The notes beneath the pieces were generated by a model. It did not search any database and was not told the DNA's origin. It saw only the letters and a list, made by a program, of their open reading frames with translations. A stretch of DNA of 64,000 bases from Takakia lepidozioides (taxonomy: Eukaryota; Plantae; Bryophyta): the NCBI GenBank assembly GCA_030704615.1, contig CM060732.1, positions 36,208,001 through 36,272,000 on the forward strand, given 5' to 3'. Below, piece by piece: positions 39,256-52,600 of the stretch (the stretch's first letter is position 1; every line of letters starts with the position of its first letter). The translations under genes and the position numbers were made by a program.

Positions 39256-39977
39256 TGTCGTGCACCTCACTTCGGTAAGCTCCCCCCTCAAGTCATAGTA
39301 CTCGCTTGATGCGCGCGCCTAACTCCCAACCTGGCCGCCGGGCCAGCTTGGAGCTCCGGCTGCTCACCGGGGCATAACGGTCCTCCTTTGATCTCCAAAG
39401 AACCCTTCCAACGATTTGGAGCCAGCGGAATTCCCTTTGGTAGCTGGCAGTCCGGAACAGCTCCCCACTCTTTGGTCGCTTTCCGGCTCGCTCGCTTACT
39501 CACTAGTTTTTGGTCACCAACGGGCTTGCACCGTTCTCGGGTTACTACTCCCTATAATACTCTGTAGCTGTCGCGTGGGGGGTTTCATCAAACAACCATG
39601 CCATTTTATGGCGAACCACACGAACACCCTCGACTCCCGGTGATGAGTCGCGGTGAGTCTTGGCCCCCCACCACGGCCCCTATGGACCGTGATGAGTCCC
39701 AAGACTCCCCACGACTCCCACCACGAGGTCTCCGCCCCAGGGTGAGTCCTAGGCACCCCCCTAAGTCCCGCTAAGCTACCACCACCCCTTGTGGAGCCAA
39801 CCCCACCGCAACCCGGTGTGGCGGGGCGCCACCTAGTGAGCGCCTCCGCCTCCTTGAGTGCTTTGGGCACTCAAGGGTGCTTCAGCCCCCCCATACCTAT
39901 CGCTGCCACTGCCCCCGCCACAGGGGCAGCCCCTCTTGTGTCCCAACCCCCTGCCCTCAAGGCAAAGGGCCGCGACA
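39256..39977 (-). repeat. 5' LTR of element C
   Basis: TGTCG...CGACA termini; repeat of 33024-33743. Confidence 0.95.
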
Positions 39978-41100
39978 TAACATATGCTCGAGAAACATTT
40001 AAGATGCCCAGCACACAATACATATCTCACTCGAACTCCATCACCCAAGTTGGACGATGAAGTTTTGGTGACACACCAAGGGTGGCCGTCATGTTTCCTG
40101 TTCATTCCTGCCAGAATGTCGTCTGGGCCTGCGCCTGCGGGCACTGGGTGAGGGAATCGTATAGAAGCTTTCCATCCACAACATCAGGCAAAGTTTCCAC
40201 AGAGATATGGATGGATTTTGTCGTAATCAAGCCTAAGAAGGTCACTGGAAGCGGGAACTCCGTTGTCTTCATCCTCCGCAATATGTCGATTACTGAGCGG
40301 ACGGAAGTTGAGTCGGAGGGTGTGTGCTCATTGTTTGCCAACTTCTGAACACTCCTAGTGACGGACGACTTCGAAACATATGATGGAAGGACCATACAGT
40401 TTCATCGTCACTGGATAAGTCTGGACGAAGGTTTCCCGGTTTTCCTGGATTTCCCTTTTCACATGTTTGGGCTTCTCTGCTTGGAAGAGGTGCCACATCC
40501 TTCATGGCAGACTTCACATCTGGCACGCCAGACCCTCTTGTGGAAGGAGGATCAACCAAGTTCTAGCGTGGGAACTCTTTAGGCACGATTTCACCAATTG
40601 CACTGTACCAGATGATTCAGAAGCTGGAGCCGCCACTCTTTGCCCTTTCCGAAATCTGCATGCCGAATGACGGCACTTTCCAGAAAATTTCCATAGGCAT
40701 CATTCGTGCTCCTCTTCCAAAAACACCGTTCCAGGCGGAGCCGAACTTCACACACAAGTACAGGCTCAGTGACAATCGCAAATCCTTGGTCGCAGGGTAT
40801 TTTAGTTTTCAGAGAATCAGGATGGAAGTACACGTTTACCCAACACGGGGTCCATGTTGAAGACGGTACCTCTCGGTACGCTCCGCAGCAAAGTCCTGCG
40901 ATGAGAAGAGTGTGTCATACATAATACCACATCATTTCTGGAGGATTCTGTATCCAACTGGATGGGTGATCAGTGCACACATGGATGAAGGTGTGTAACG
41001 TACGTACAAATACGGACGACCACAGCAAGTTCACATCAGATATTTGGTGCCTGAATTGTGATGTACCACCAGTTTGGGCTACAATAAATCAGGCCTTCTC

Positions 41101-42531
41101 ATGAATTTCGGCACCGAAATCTGGGATGAACATCTCTGTAATGTAACAGATTTGGAAAGCCAGGGGATAAATTCCGGTGACAGAATCGTAATTTGTTCAC
41201 CTCATGAAACTGAGCAAGAACCCGAAGGATGGATTTCGGTGCCGAAATTCGGATGAACATGTTCTTCATGAATTGTTCTGCACATAAGGGTTGAATTTCG
41301 GCGCCGAATTAAGGATGAATGTGTTCGTGATTACGTCATGATTCACCACGTGTCCGGATTCGGTGCTGAACATCCGAATGACAGTAATCCTGAATCGGCA
41401 GTAGGGATGAATTTCGGCGCCGAAATTCATTTCATCTTCTCCTTTTCCGACCCTAATTCTGCTTCCTGCGGATGGATTTCGGCGCCGAAATTCATCCGAA
41501 GTCCTCCCTTCTAATTTTCTTTTTTCTTCGCGAGCAATGGATTTCGGCGCCGAAATTTATCCAATGCCCTCCCTCCAACATTTATTTCTCTTTGAAATGG
41601 ATGAATTTCAACGCCAAAAATCCTCCTTACTGTCCGCACTGGGTAGCTCTAATATTACATTTTCTATGCGACGGATGAATTTCGGCGCCGAAATTCGTCC
41701 GAACCCGACACTTTACTTCTTGCTTCTGGATGATGTAATGTTCCGAAATTCGTTTGAAATAACCCATTCCGACGAAGATAACACGAATATGCTTAAAATG
41801 GATTGAAAAAATCGGCACATTCAAACCCTTATTCTTACAAAAGACCGTTATCCATGACGAAAGTGGATATTTTTTTTTCATGTTGGGGGAAAATTAATTG
41901 CATTTTAGCCGTTGTTTTCATTTGAAACTGACAGTATCCATTAAGTGATTATTTTTCGCACGGGACGTTGCCACACATAAAGTATAATTCCGGCGCTGAA
42001 ATTATAGTTAACTGTCCAGACCTGGCAAGTCCAACAGGCATGGACAGCAACCGTGAGGGGCAATGATGGCGGCAAAGCGTAGCATGGTGCCGATTGAGTC
42101 TTCGCGCTGGATGAATTCGACGCCGAAATATGGATGATTTCACCTCGTCTACGCGGGACGGAGATATTCTTAATGAATTTCAGCGCCGAATATGGATGAA
42201 ATGTGCCCAAGTGCAAGCCGTCTCCACTGTCCCGGAATTAATTCCGGCTCCGATATCTGACTGACAGGTTTGCTCATGATGGATGAGGACTGGGGAAGTA
42301 ATGAATTGCGGCGCCAAACTTCATAAGTTTGTGTATGAAAGCACTTGTATAGGATGAATTTCGGTGCCAAAATTCATCCGTCTGCTGATGAAACGTACCG
42401 ACCTGACTGTTGAATGTCATAATGCAGGGGATTTTCATGGCGGTTAGGTTGCATGATGTGCGGATATTTCATTCAATGTCGGCTCTCCTGGAACAGCATC
42501 CGGTGAACGGACGTATTTCGGTGCCGCAATT
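41101..42531. repeat. Array of ATGAATTTCGGCGCCGAAATTCAT palindromes (D1 intergenic region)
   Basis: Roughly 15 or more variably decayed copies, often 60-70 bp apart; perfect 24-mer at 41407-41430. Confidence 0.95.
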
Positions 42532-44678
42532 CGATAAGCGTCTTGTACTGGTGTCTTGAACAGGCCACACGTTGTGTTCCAGTCGACTTCATCATCCTGC
42601 GAACGTGTCAGGGGTCGCAATCTCTTCATCACCCATACGGCAGAAAGTGGTGGACGGTGGCAACGCTTCGGGAGACGTGGCTGCTTACGCATCTGCTCGT
42701 GCACAGTGGTTGCATGTTCCACCACTTCGCCTCACTCGTTCCTTGCCCTTCTGCAGTGACATTCTCCTGCGTTCCTCTCCTTATGCAACATAGTGATAGC
42801 AATAGTTTGTGGAAGGTCAGGCCGACTCCGACAAAGAGAAGGAGAACGCGGGATTTTGGGAAGCCGCCGATGACACGACTTAAGCTCCGTCTCATGCAGG
42901 AAATGCAGACCTCGTTATCTGGAGACTCGGATCGCCCACCAGTGAGAGATTTGTGCTTCGCGGATGTGAAGCACTCCATACGCACTATTCCTTTTCACAC
43001 GCCACCTTTTTTTTTTGCGTGCAGTGTGTCAATTTTTCCTGTTTGTTTTGACAGGGGAGCTGGGGAGGGATCGCAGGGGGGCGAGGCAACACAGTCAACT
43101 TTGGATACCCTGCCCGGGCTGCCTTGCAAGGTGGAAGTGCATCGAGGCAGGCGAGTCCTCATTCAACACCTCAGATATCACCTCAGAAAAGCCCACCTAG
43201 AGTCCGGAAGCCGAGGAAGCAGAAGGAGCCCATGGCTTTGCCAGTAAAACCACTAGGGAGACCTCAACTCATGTCTAATTATTACCCAAATGGTGCATTT
43301 CTGATTGCAGGAATATCAACGCACTCCCGTGGCCCCTGTCTTCCATATACTTGAGGGACTTGTGCTGGAGCCCACCTCCTAATTATGTCCTTCCCGACTA
43401 CGCGGAAGGCGTTGCTCGTTTGCAAGTAGCTGTGCTTTCTCCCCCACCCTTGCGTTGGAGTTCCAGGAAGGCTCAGGCACCTCCGCGCAAAGGTCTTCAT
43501 AGATGATAGTGCCGCAGTTTCAGGTGGCAGCAATACTTCTAGCAGTTCAGCAGATTCAGGTGGTAGCATTAGCAGTGTTGACACCACCTACGGATGTACT
43601 TGAGGGCATTCATTTATGGAACATGAGGGGACACACTCTCCGTTTTCCGTTGCACCACCATTTCTCTTCCCACCATCCGTTGTAATGAGCACGAACTACA
43701 ATGAAATTCACATCCCTGAATTGAAACATTCTCTCCCCCGCGTCCTGCGAATTTGAAAGTGTTTTCCTTCTAAACATTGCTCTCCAATTCAACCGTGTGC
43801 ATTCAATAAAAGTTTTTCAACAGAGATGAATATGTGCATAGTCCATTAGATAGTCATTTGACATATGCCATCACACCAATATTTGGTTGGATGGATGGAG
43901 GGTGAATGTTTTTGGATGGATGAAGCCAGATTGGATGTGCACTGTGGATGAATGTTGCATGCATGGATGGTCTCTTGGGCAAGGGGACCATAGGTCTTGC
44001 ATGCTAGAGTAGACATGTTTCGACTCGCCGACACTCATGGCACATACATTTTGCTTCAGAAATCAAGTAGCTTCCCTGTGCCATATGGGGAATATACATG
44101 CTTGGATAATCTTCTGTTAAGGTTTTTTGCAATTCACTGCCAGTATGCTGGGACGTGTCCTTTGTCGTATGGATTGCTGTGTGTACAAAGTGCAGTATGC
44201 AAATGCTGGAATGTGCAGTAGGACCCTTCCCACTGGGACACAGAACTAGCAATCTTGTAAAGGCATCACATTTGTAGAACACTTACAATGTATTGGTAGC
44301 AAATCGGAGTCTTCTCATAAAGGTGGACGAAAACGCCAGGATGGGCTGCGAAATCACCACGAATTGAATGAAGAGCAGTAATAAGGAAGCACTATGCAGT
44401 ATACAGACCAATAACGGCACTGAAATAAGCCACAATGCCCGTGTATCTCCACACAATGTATGCTTTCCTCGGATCCATTTATAGACATAACCAAAATAAA
44501 AAAAGCATGTCCATGCCATTTACGGCCAAAAACCACATTCGCATGTATTGCGGCACCGAAAAACACCTAGAGCCATGGCGGTGCAGCACCACCAAGTGTA
44601 TAATTCCTCACAAAAAAATAGGGTGCAAGAAGATGAATGTAATATAATTGCCACTTTCTCCTTCCCGAATGTGGAATG

Positions 44679-47600
44679 TCAAGCAGTTTGACCTGTATCC
44701 TGCCGTAGGGCCTTGTGCAGCTCGTTGAAGCTCAGTGTTGGAGCATGGATGAAGACGTCCATTGCGGATATGCAACTCATGCGCTTCAGAAAAATGTAAT
44801 AAAGGTGTTTGTAGGGGACGTATGCGGCATTCTTCGATTCCATAACAAGGAAGTCCTCACAGTTGCAAGCTGGGTACTGAGAAACCGTGATTGCATACAT
44901 GACACTGCGCGCAGCAGACCCCGCTGTTGACAACTGAAATATGCGCCCCATCCCGGGGTGAGGAACATCCCTGCAACCTTGCACTATGCAGGGCATTGCA
45001 AGAGCGTTGGCCATCCTGGTGTCGTTCGCCTTTGTTGGTGGCCGCCGTCTTTTCAGTTTCCCCCACCAATGGGTGGGCCAAGCTGCGGGGTCACTCACCC
45101 GTATGCGAGATGAAGAGCTTCTCGTGGGAGGAGGATGACGACAAGGAATTGGATTTCATGGAACGTCTGTCCTCTCCACCAGTCGAAACCCTGCACTTCC
45201 TAGAGCGTCTGCCTCCTCCAAGGTAAGATCTGTACCAGTTGCCACAGGCCAGACCGCTGGTGGTTCAGGCATGCTTTGTACACCATACTTAGGCTTGCCG
45301 AACACACACGACATGATATAGTGCCTGCAGAACCAAAACTCCTTCAGTGTGGCCTCCACAAACTTTGCGCACACAAATCTCCCTGTGAAGCAAGGGGCAG
45401 GCACACCGCCCTGCGGGCTCCTCCGAATCATCTCATTGCATCTCTGGTTGGTGTCAACACGAACAGCACAACATTTGCCACAAAATGACGGACGGGTCCG
45501 TGCAATTCTCCACTGCGAGGTCGACACATCTTGCTCCACGATTGGAATGCTGTATTGGGTAACGATAATAGGAGCAGCATGCTCATCCTGGGCATGTTGT
45601 CCCGAGTCTGGCAACGATTCCATGGATGCTGCAGGAGGGGGTACGAGTCCTGCTGGGAGGAGGCGTGGGACGCAACATCGTTGCGTCCCGAGGTTGAGTG
45701 CGGATGTTCATATCTGATCTCCATGAATCGCCGTCGCCTTCGGGCATGTCCTCAATTCTTCTCTTCACCGATTCGTCCATTCACCGATTCGGCCATGTTC
45801 GTCGTCGGCATATCCGTGTCATCCTCCAAGCTCATGTCCTGTTGAAGGAAATTAGAAATGTCACTCATTGTGGAGAATGTCCAAGCACAAAACAGAACAA
45901 TTGTCAAGTACAGAAATATGTTACTTGTCTCATGTAGTCTCCAAACTAGCGGAATCTATAGTGCCACCACGCAAGCCACGTTTGCAGTTCTGGCTGATCT
46001 TTCACATCCACTGCCCCTGAAGACACCCACCAGGCGCGTATGGTTGCAAACTCGGTCTCCGCCTCGTCGATGGAATTCGCATTTTTCCACGCAAGGCACA
46101 TACTGATATGATCCTGCCGGTGGCGTGACGCCACGAACCGTTTCGTATTTTGCGTCAAACTCTGCATGAAGTGAAACCCGCAAGATCTCTCCTTACCTTC
46201 CAATGGAGTCTTTGGGTCGTCCCCATATACCCTTCTCACTGCAGCCCAGTTCGCCTGGGCATTGTCAGCCATGAAGCCCCTAAAATTGGGAGGGGGCAAC
46301 TTCGCTCTCGCCATTTGCTCATTAATTCCGCGCCACATATGCAACTCCGAATCTGTGTCTTCTCCTTTCATTTCGCAGATAGCAATGGTCATCAACTTTT
46401 TGCAATGTGGGTCGTATATATGTGCCCCCATTGTCACCCAATCGTGGTTGATAATTCGTCTGATGTGGTCGAACATGACCCAGCAATTTGAGAGGTCTCC
46501 ATTGGTCATCCGCTTCACCAAATCGACACCGCTCCCCGGTCCACACGTTGACATCTTAAATATGAAGCACCTGTCCGTCTCTGAGCCTTGACCAGGAAAG
46601 AAGCTGCCCTGGATGAAGTCGTAGCCACATGTGCGCTTCACTTCCAAGATGAAGTGCATGTCTGATCCTCTTCCGATTCGTTTCTTGCAGCCGACAATGT
46701 GGTTCCTGACATTGGGGCTGCACACATGGGAGACAGCTTCCAGCAGCTCCTTTCATGTCCCCCTCGCCCAGCTTCTCTCTTGTGCTTCCGTCCTCCGACA
46801 TTATTCTGCCAATTGCAATTCTATGTGCGGATGCGAGCTGTATCTGCTTTGGTTTTGCTCCCGGCCTGAACCTCACCTCCTCCTTGATAATATCATGGGC
46901 TTGTTGAAAAGCGACTCTGCAATTGCCTCTGGCGACGGGGTGGTCATGTTTTCCGATGTGAATGCATGCTCTGGTGCACGCTGGGCCGACGGTCCCGACG
47001 TAGTACTGCTTGGCGTTGCACACTGCCATACACGTAGGGGCTGCGTCGCAATGGGCACACTTGAACGTCCCTGCAGGAACTCTACCTTGAGGCCAAAATG
47101 GGTCGACGAATTGCCAATCCAGTTTGTCTCATTTTGGGTGCTTTTGCTCGTGTAGTGGTAACATGTGCTCGAGAAACATTTAAGATGCCCAGCACACAAT
47201 ACATATCTCACTCGAACTCCATCACCCAGGTATGAAGTTTTGATGACACACCAAGGGTGGCCGTCATGTTTCCTGTTCATTTCTGCCAGCATGCCGTCTG
47301 GGCCTGCGCCTGCCGGCACTGCAGGGAACTCGTAGATAACATTCCCATCCACAACTTCAGGCAAAGTCTCCACAGAATGACATCTTGTACGCCAGACCCT
47401 CTTGTGGAAGGAGGATCAACCAAGTTCCAGCGTGGGAACTCTTTAGGCACGATTTCACCAATTGCACTGTACCGGATGGATTCAGAAGCTGGGAGCCGCC
47501 ACTCTTTGCCCTTTCCGAAATCTGCATGCAGAATGACGGCACTTTCCAGAAAATTTCCATAAGCATCATTCGTCTCCTCTTCCAAAAACACCGTTCCAGG

Positions 47601-47722
47601 GCGGAGCCCGAACTTCACACACAAGTACTGCTCAGTGACAATAGCATATCCTTGGTCACAAGGTATTTTAGTTTTTTAGAATCAGGATGGAAGTACACGT
47701 TTACCCAAACACAGGAGTCCAT
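44679..47722 (-). pseudogene. MULE transposase, GCM-like + DDE + SWIM (copy D2), with frameshifts and two internal deletions relative to D1
   Basis: VMFDH, FMADNAQANW, SCGFHFMQS, TTNMAES (catalytic E intact) and SWIM YAITV..PACNCEDF..VP(Y)KHLYYI. Confidence 0.88.
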
Positions 47723-47969
47723 GTTGAAGACCGCAACTCTCGGTACGCTTCGCAGCGAACTCCTGCAATGAGAAGAATGTGTCCTACATAATACCACAAT
47801 CATTTTCTGGAGGATTATGTATCCAACAGGATGGGTGATCAGTGCACGTATGGATGAAGGTGTGTAATGTACGTTACAAATACGGACGACCACATCAAAT
47901 TCACATCGGATATTGGGTGCCTGAATTATGATGTACCACCAGTTGGGCTACAATAAATCAGGCCTTCTC

Positions 47970-49406
47970 ATGAATTTCGGCACCGAAATCCGGATGAACA
48001 TCTCTGTCATGTAGCAGATTTGGAAGCCACGGGATGAATTCCGGCGACAAAAATCGAAATTTGTTCACCTCATGAAACTGAGCAAGCACCCCACGGATGG
48101 ATTTCGGTGCCGAAATTCGGATGAACATATTCTTCATGAAATTGTTTCTACACATAAGGGATGAATTTCGGAGCCGAAATACGAATGAATGTGTTCGTGA
48201 TTAGAGTAATGATTCATCACGTGTCCGGATTTCAGTGCCGACATCCGAATGAGAGTAATCCTGAATCGACAGTAGGGATGAATTTCGGCGCGGAAATTCA
48301 TTCTTCTTCTGCTTTATCGAATGTCTTCTGCTGTCCTGTGGATGAATTTCGGCGCCAAAATTCATTCTTCTTCTGCTTTATCGAATGTCTTCTGCTGTCC
48401 TGCGGATGAATTTTGGCGCCGAAATTCATCCGAAGTCCTCCCTTCATTTTATTTTTCCTTGCGACCGATGAATTTCGGCGCCAAAATTCATCCAAAGTTC
48501 TCTCTTCAAATATATATTTTTCTTTGCGAGCAATGAATTTCGGCGCTGAAATTCATCCAAAGTCCTCCATCCAATATTTTTTTTTCTTTGAAATGGATGA
48601 ATTTCGGCGCCGAAATTCGTTCGAACCCGACACTTACTTCTTGCTTCTGGATGATGTAAGGTTCCGAAATTCGTTTGAAATAATCCATTCAGACAAAGAA
48701 AACACAAATATTCTGCATTAAATGGAGAAATTGGCACATTTAACCCCTTATGTATTTCGAAAGGCCGTTATCCAATGACGAAAGGGATATTTTCTCATGT
48801 TGGGGGAAAATTAATTGCATTTTAGCCGTTGTTTTCATTTGAAACTGACCGTATCCATTAAGTGGTCATTTTTCGTACAGGACGTTGCCGCACATAAAGT
48901 ATAATTTCGGCGCCGAAATTATACTTAACAGTCCAGACATGGCAAGTCCAGCAGACATGGACAGCAACCGGGGGGGGGGGGGGCAATGATGGCAGCAAAG
49001 CGTAGCATGGTGCCGATTTACTCTTCGCGCCGGATGTATTTCGGCGCCGAAATATGGATGATTTCACCTCGTCTATGCGCGGACGGAGATATCCTTAATG
49101 AATTTTGGCGCCGAAATATGGATGAAATGTGCCCAAGTGCAGCGTTCTCCACTGTTCCGAAATTAATTCCAGTTCCGATATCCGATTGACAGGACTGCTC
49201 ATGACGGATGAGGACTGGGGAAGCGATGAATTTCGGCGCCGAAATTCATCCGACCGCTGATGAACGTGCCGACCTGACTGTTGAATGTCGGTAGGCAGGG
49301 GAATTTCATGGCGGTTGGGTTTCATGATGTGTGGATAGTTCATTCAATGCCGGCTGCTTCGGGAACAACATCCGGTGAACGGAACGGTATTTCGGCGCCG
49401 CAATTC
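47970..49406. repeat. Array of GGCGCC-centred palindromes (D2 intergenic region)
   Basis: Homologous to the D1 array; perfect 26-mer at 49225-49250; local ~64-bp tandem duplication at ~48296-48425. Confidence 0.95.
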
Positions 49407-49655
49407 GGATAAAGCGACTTCTACCGCTGGCTTGAACAGGCACGCGTCGTGTTCCAGTGGACTTCATCCGTGCGAACGTGTCAGGGGTCGCAATCTTTTC
49501 ATCACCCATACGGCAAAAAGTGGTGGACGGTGGCAACGCTTCGGGAGACGTGGCTACTTACGCATCTGCTAGTGCGCAGTGGTTGCATGTTCCATTGCTT
49601 CGCTCTCTTGCTCCTTGCCCTTCTGCAGTGACATTCTCCTGCGTTTCCTCTCCTT

Positions 49656-52600
49656 ATGCAGCATAGTGATAGCATAGAGTTTGTGGAAGGTCAGTCGACT
49701 TCGGCGCAGAGAAGGAGGACGCGGGATTTTGGGAAGCCGCTGACGACACGACTTAAGCTCCGTCTCATGCAGGAAATGCAAACCTCGTTATCTGGAGACT
49801 CGGATCGCCCACCAGTGAGAGATTTGTGCTTCGCGGATGTGAAGCACTCCATACGCACTATTCTTTTTACACTTTTTTTTTGGCGCGCATTGTGTCATGT
49901 TTTCCTGTTTGTTTGACATGGGAGTTGGGGAGGGATCGGAGGGGGGCGAGCCAACACAGTCAACTTTGGATACTCTTGCCCGGGTGATGCACTCGCAAGG
50001 TGGAAGTGCATCGAGGCAGGCGACTCCTCAGAGAACACCTCAGAAATCACCTCAGAAAAGCCCACCTAGAGTTCAAAAGCCAAGGAAGCAAAAGGAGCCC
50101 ATGGCTTTGCCAGTAAAACCACTTGGGAGACTGGAAGCGGAGATATTGGGTTTGCAGGCAGTTTCAGAAAACACAGATGCGGTGGAGGCTGCTGGAGATG
50201 TTGGACTCGGATCTGCAGAAGGGCGGCCCCTTGAGCTGACAAAAGCAGATGACGACAACGTGGTGTGACTTGACGACTTCCCAGGAGATCAGAACCTGCT
50301 GGAGCTTGCGGAGGAGCAAAACCTCCAGGACAGTAGACAGGCTGGTGAGAGAGGTGAGAGAAGTGAGAGAGGTGATAGAAGTAAGAAACTGGTGGCGGGT
50401 ATGCTCATGAACGCACGAGACATGAACATAGCAGCAAACAGGTTGCTGGCAGAGACTCATAGCAACATAGGCCGCGTTTTGGGCTCCATGGTGTATCCGG
50501 AGAACCTCAAAGTTCTTTTGTGTCACATGGTTAGCCTTCCAGTTGTAAGGCAAACACTGTCAGGGGACATCGATCAACTGAAGCACAACTTCAGAGAGGG
50601 GTACAGACGGGGGTCGGCAGCATTCTACGTTTCCATTGAGAATGACCAGGGTGTCACAAGGGGCCCCACTGCAGAGGAGCTTCAGAATTGGAGCCCCCAT
50701 TGGTACACTGTAAATGCCGAGTTTGAAGCCTCTCTGAAGACTAATCCCACATTCGCACACATGGCAGGGAAGATGTTTTTTGTTTGGGACGGGAACCACA
50801 TGATGCTTGCCTGGACAGAGTACATTGCTGAAATGCATCCGCAAGATATCAATTGGCATTACATGGTGGACTGCATTGTCGTGAAGGTGGACGTCAGGGA
50901 CAGAGAACTGCTGAAGGGTGCCATGGCGGATATAAATCTGTAAGTATACAACTACATCCTTGTGTACTGCCTATTGTGGCGCCGAAATAGACAATGTTCT
51001 TGACTGTCATGCACTCTATGAACTGGAAATTGGATTGCTGTGCCGAAATATGGTTATTTTTTTATCATATTTTCATGTTGTTCATTTTATTTTTCTCCAT
51101 GGCAAGGTAACAGAGAAGGCCTTCGTGGAAACTCATCTGGCACATACGCTCTACAGAGTGCAAGAAGTGGGCACAGCACCGCTGACGGACTTCCTAAAAT
51201 CCCTCGATCCCGAGCTATACAGGAAGTCTCTTGCGAAAGCGGATCGCACCTGGTACCGACCAACACTGGACGCCATGGTGGAGATCCTCTATTCGGTGAG
51301 GTTCATCTCAAATTTCCCGATTTAAGGCTATTTGTTGCAAGGATCAGTGGCCTGACTGTATCCGCTGGGTATGGGAATGCAGACGAACATTAGGGATGAC
51401 TTGGCCTATGCCAAAAGGTAGTTCTTTGAGAGTGATGCCCCCAACAAGGCGGACGCGTCGATAGAGAGTCACATTGTGCAGGCAGGGAGGCAATCACGGA
51501 CCAAGTACAGGTCCAAACTTGTGAAGCAAGTTGCAATCGCTGACCCTGGTCTTGGTGCCGAGTTCCTGGCGGAGATAGGACTGCATTACTCCAGACCCAT
51601 GAAACCGGAAATGTCCATGGAAAAACTTCATCACATCGCAGTGTCCTGTGTTGAGCCGGCGGAGAAGGTTAGCATGTGTTTGTTCTTGTTTTGTATCTTC
51701 TCGCGATTCTCATGATGAGGTTCTTATATCTGACCGATGTTAGGCCATGCAGACGAGGTGGCTGCGAATCTGGAACGGCCATACATATACGAAGCTGTTG
51801 TACCACTTTCCCATCGAGCCAACAGACGACAAAACAAACGACTGGCTCAATGTGATGACTTGGTGGCATCAGGTATAATTTCCTCCTCTTCTGTGTGTTG
51901 GACATCATCGCAATTTCAAATTCATGAATGTTTTGGAAACCTGCACTGCTGCAGGTACTGACCCACGCCCAGGAGCAATTGGATTGCAACACCACCACTT
52001 TCAAGTTATAGATCGACTGGACAAAACCGGAGATAATGGAGAACTACGTGCAGTCCTGGCGAGGGTGCTTCGCAAACCTTTTTTTCAGAGAATTGCAAAG
52101 GCACGACCCAGCGTATACATCGAAGAGCAGGAGGGTGCCGACAAAGTGGCAATGCGTGTCCTGTTCAGGTAATCTGCTGCCAGTGCATCCCCCTATTTGC
52201 AATTTTGAGGATTTAGCTAAGCAGCCGTGGGTATTGCGGCGCTAAAATATACCTCTGCAAGATGTGAGTGCTGGGTAATGGGGGCACGGTCCAAACCTTA
52301 TGCATTGAGAACTTCCTCTTGCATGATGCATCCGTAGCATGATTTTTGTTGAACTGCCTCGTGATTGCAGGTACATAAATTTTGCACTCATTCCGTCCGG
52401 AGCCATTCAAAGGGTTCTACCATTCTTCCTGGCGTGGAGGACACCAGGAGGTCGTGGTACGATGTACACAGAAGTAATGGCGAAGGAATGGCATGCCGAG
52501 CATTTGGTAGACTGTCCTTGGTATGTGGATCTCCCAAGTGGGACCGTTGACCTCTTGGAGGTTAACTTGAAGAAGGAAGCGAATGCCCGGGCTATGAAGG

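Larger units (their letters stand above)
33024..39977 (-). mobile_element. Full-length Ty3/Gypsy chromovirus (element C) with TAACA target-site duplication
   Basis: LTRs at 33024-33743 and 39256-39977; TSD TAACA at 33019-33023 and 39978-39982; empty site visible in D2 at ~47157-47172. PBS TGGTATCAGAGC and PPT GGTAGGGGTGTG. Confidence 0.97.
30535..40855 (-). pseudogene. MULE transposase with GCM-like N-terminal domain (copy D1), interrupted at 33024-39977, SWIM end missing
   Basis: HDGHPWCVTKTS..CAGHLKC..CAHC..C..HIGKHDHP; VMFDH; FMADNAQANW; SCEFHFMQS (CxxH); TTNMAKS (catalytic E replaced by K). Confidence 0.85.
30535..43262. mobile_element. Element D1: internal part of a MULE, truncated at both ends and split by chromovirus C
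   Basis: 30535-33023 plus 39983-43262 is collinear and highly similar to 44936-50131. Confidence 0.88.

Noticed and set aside
41407-41430. True bacterial parS site
   Set aside because: It shares only TTTC...GAAA flanks with the TGTTTCACGTGAAACA consensus and has a different core length, so it is kept as an analogy only.
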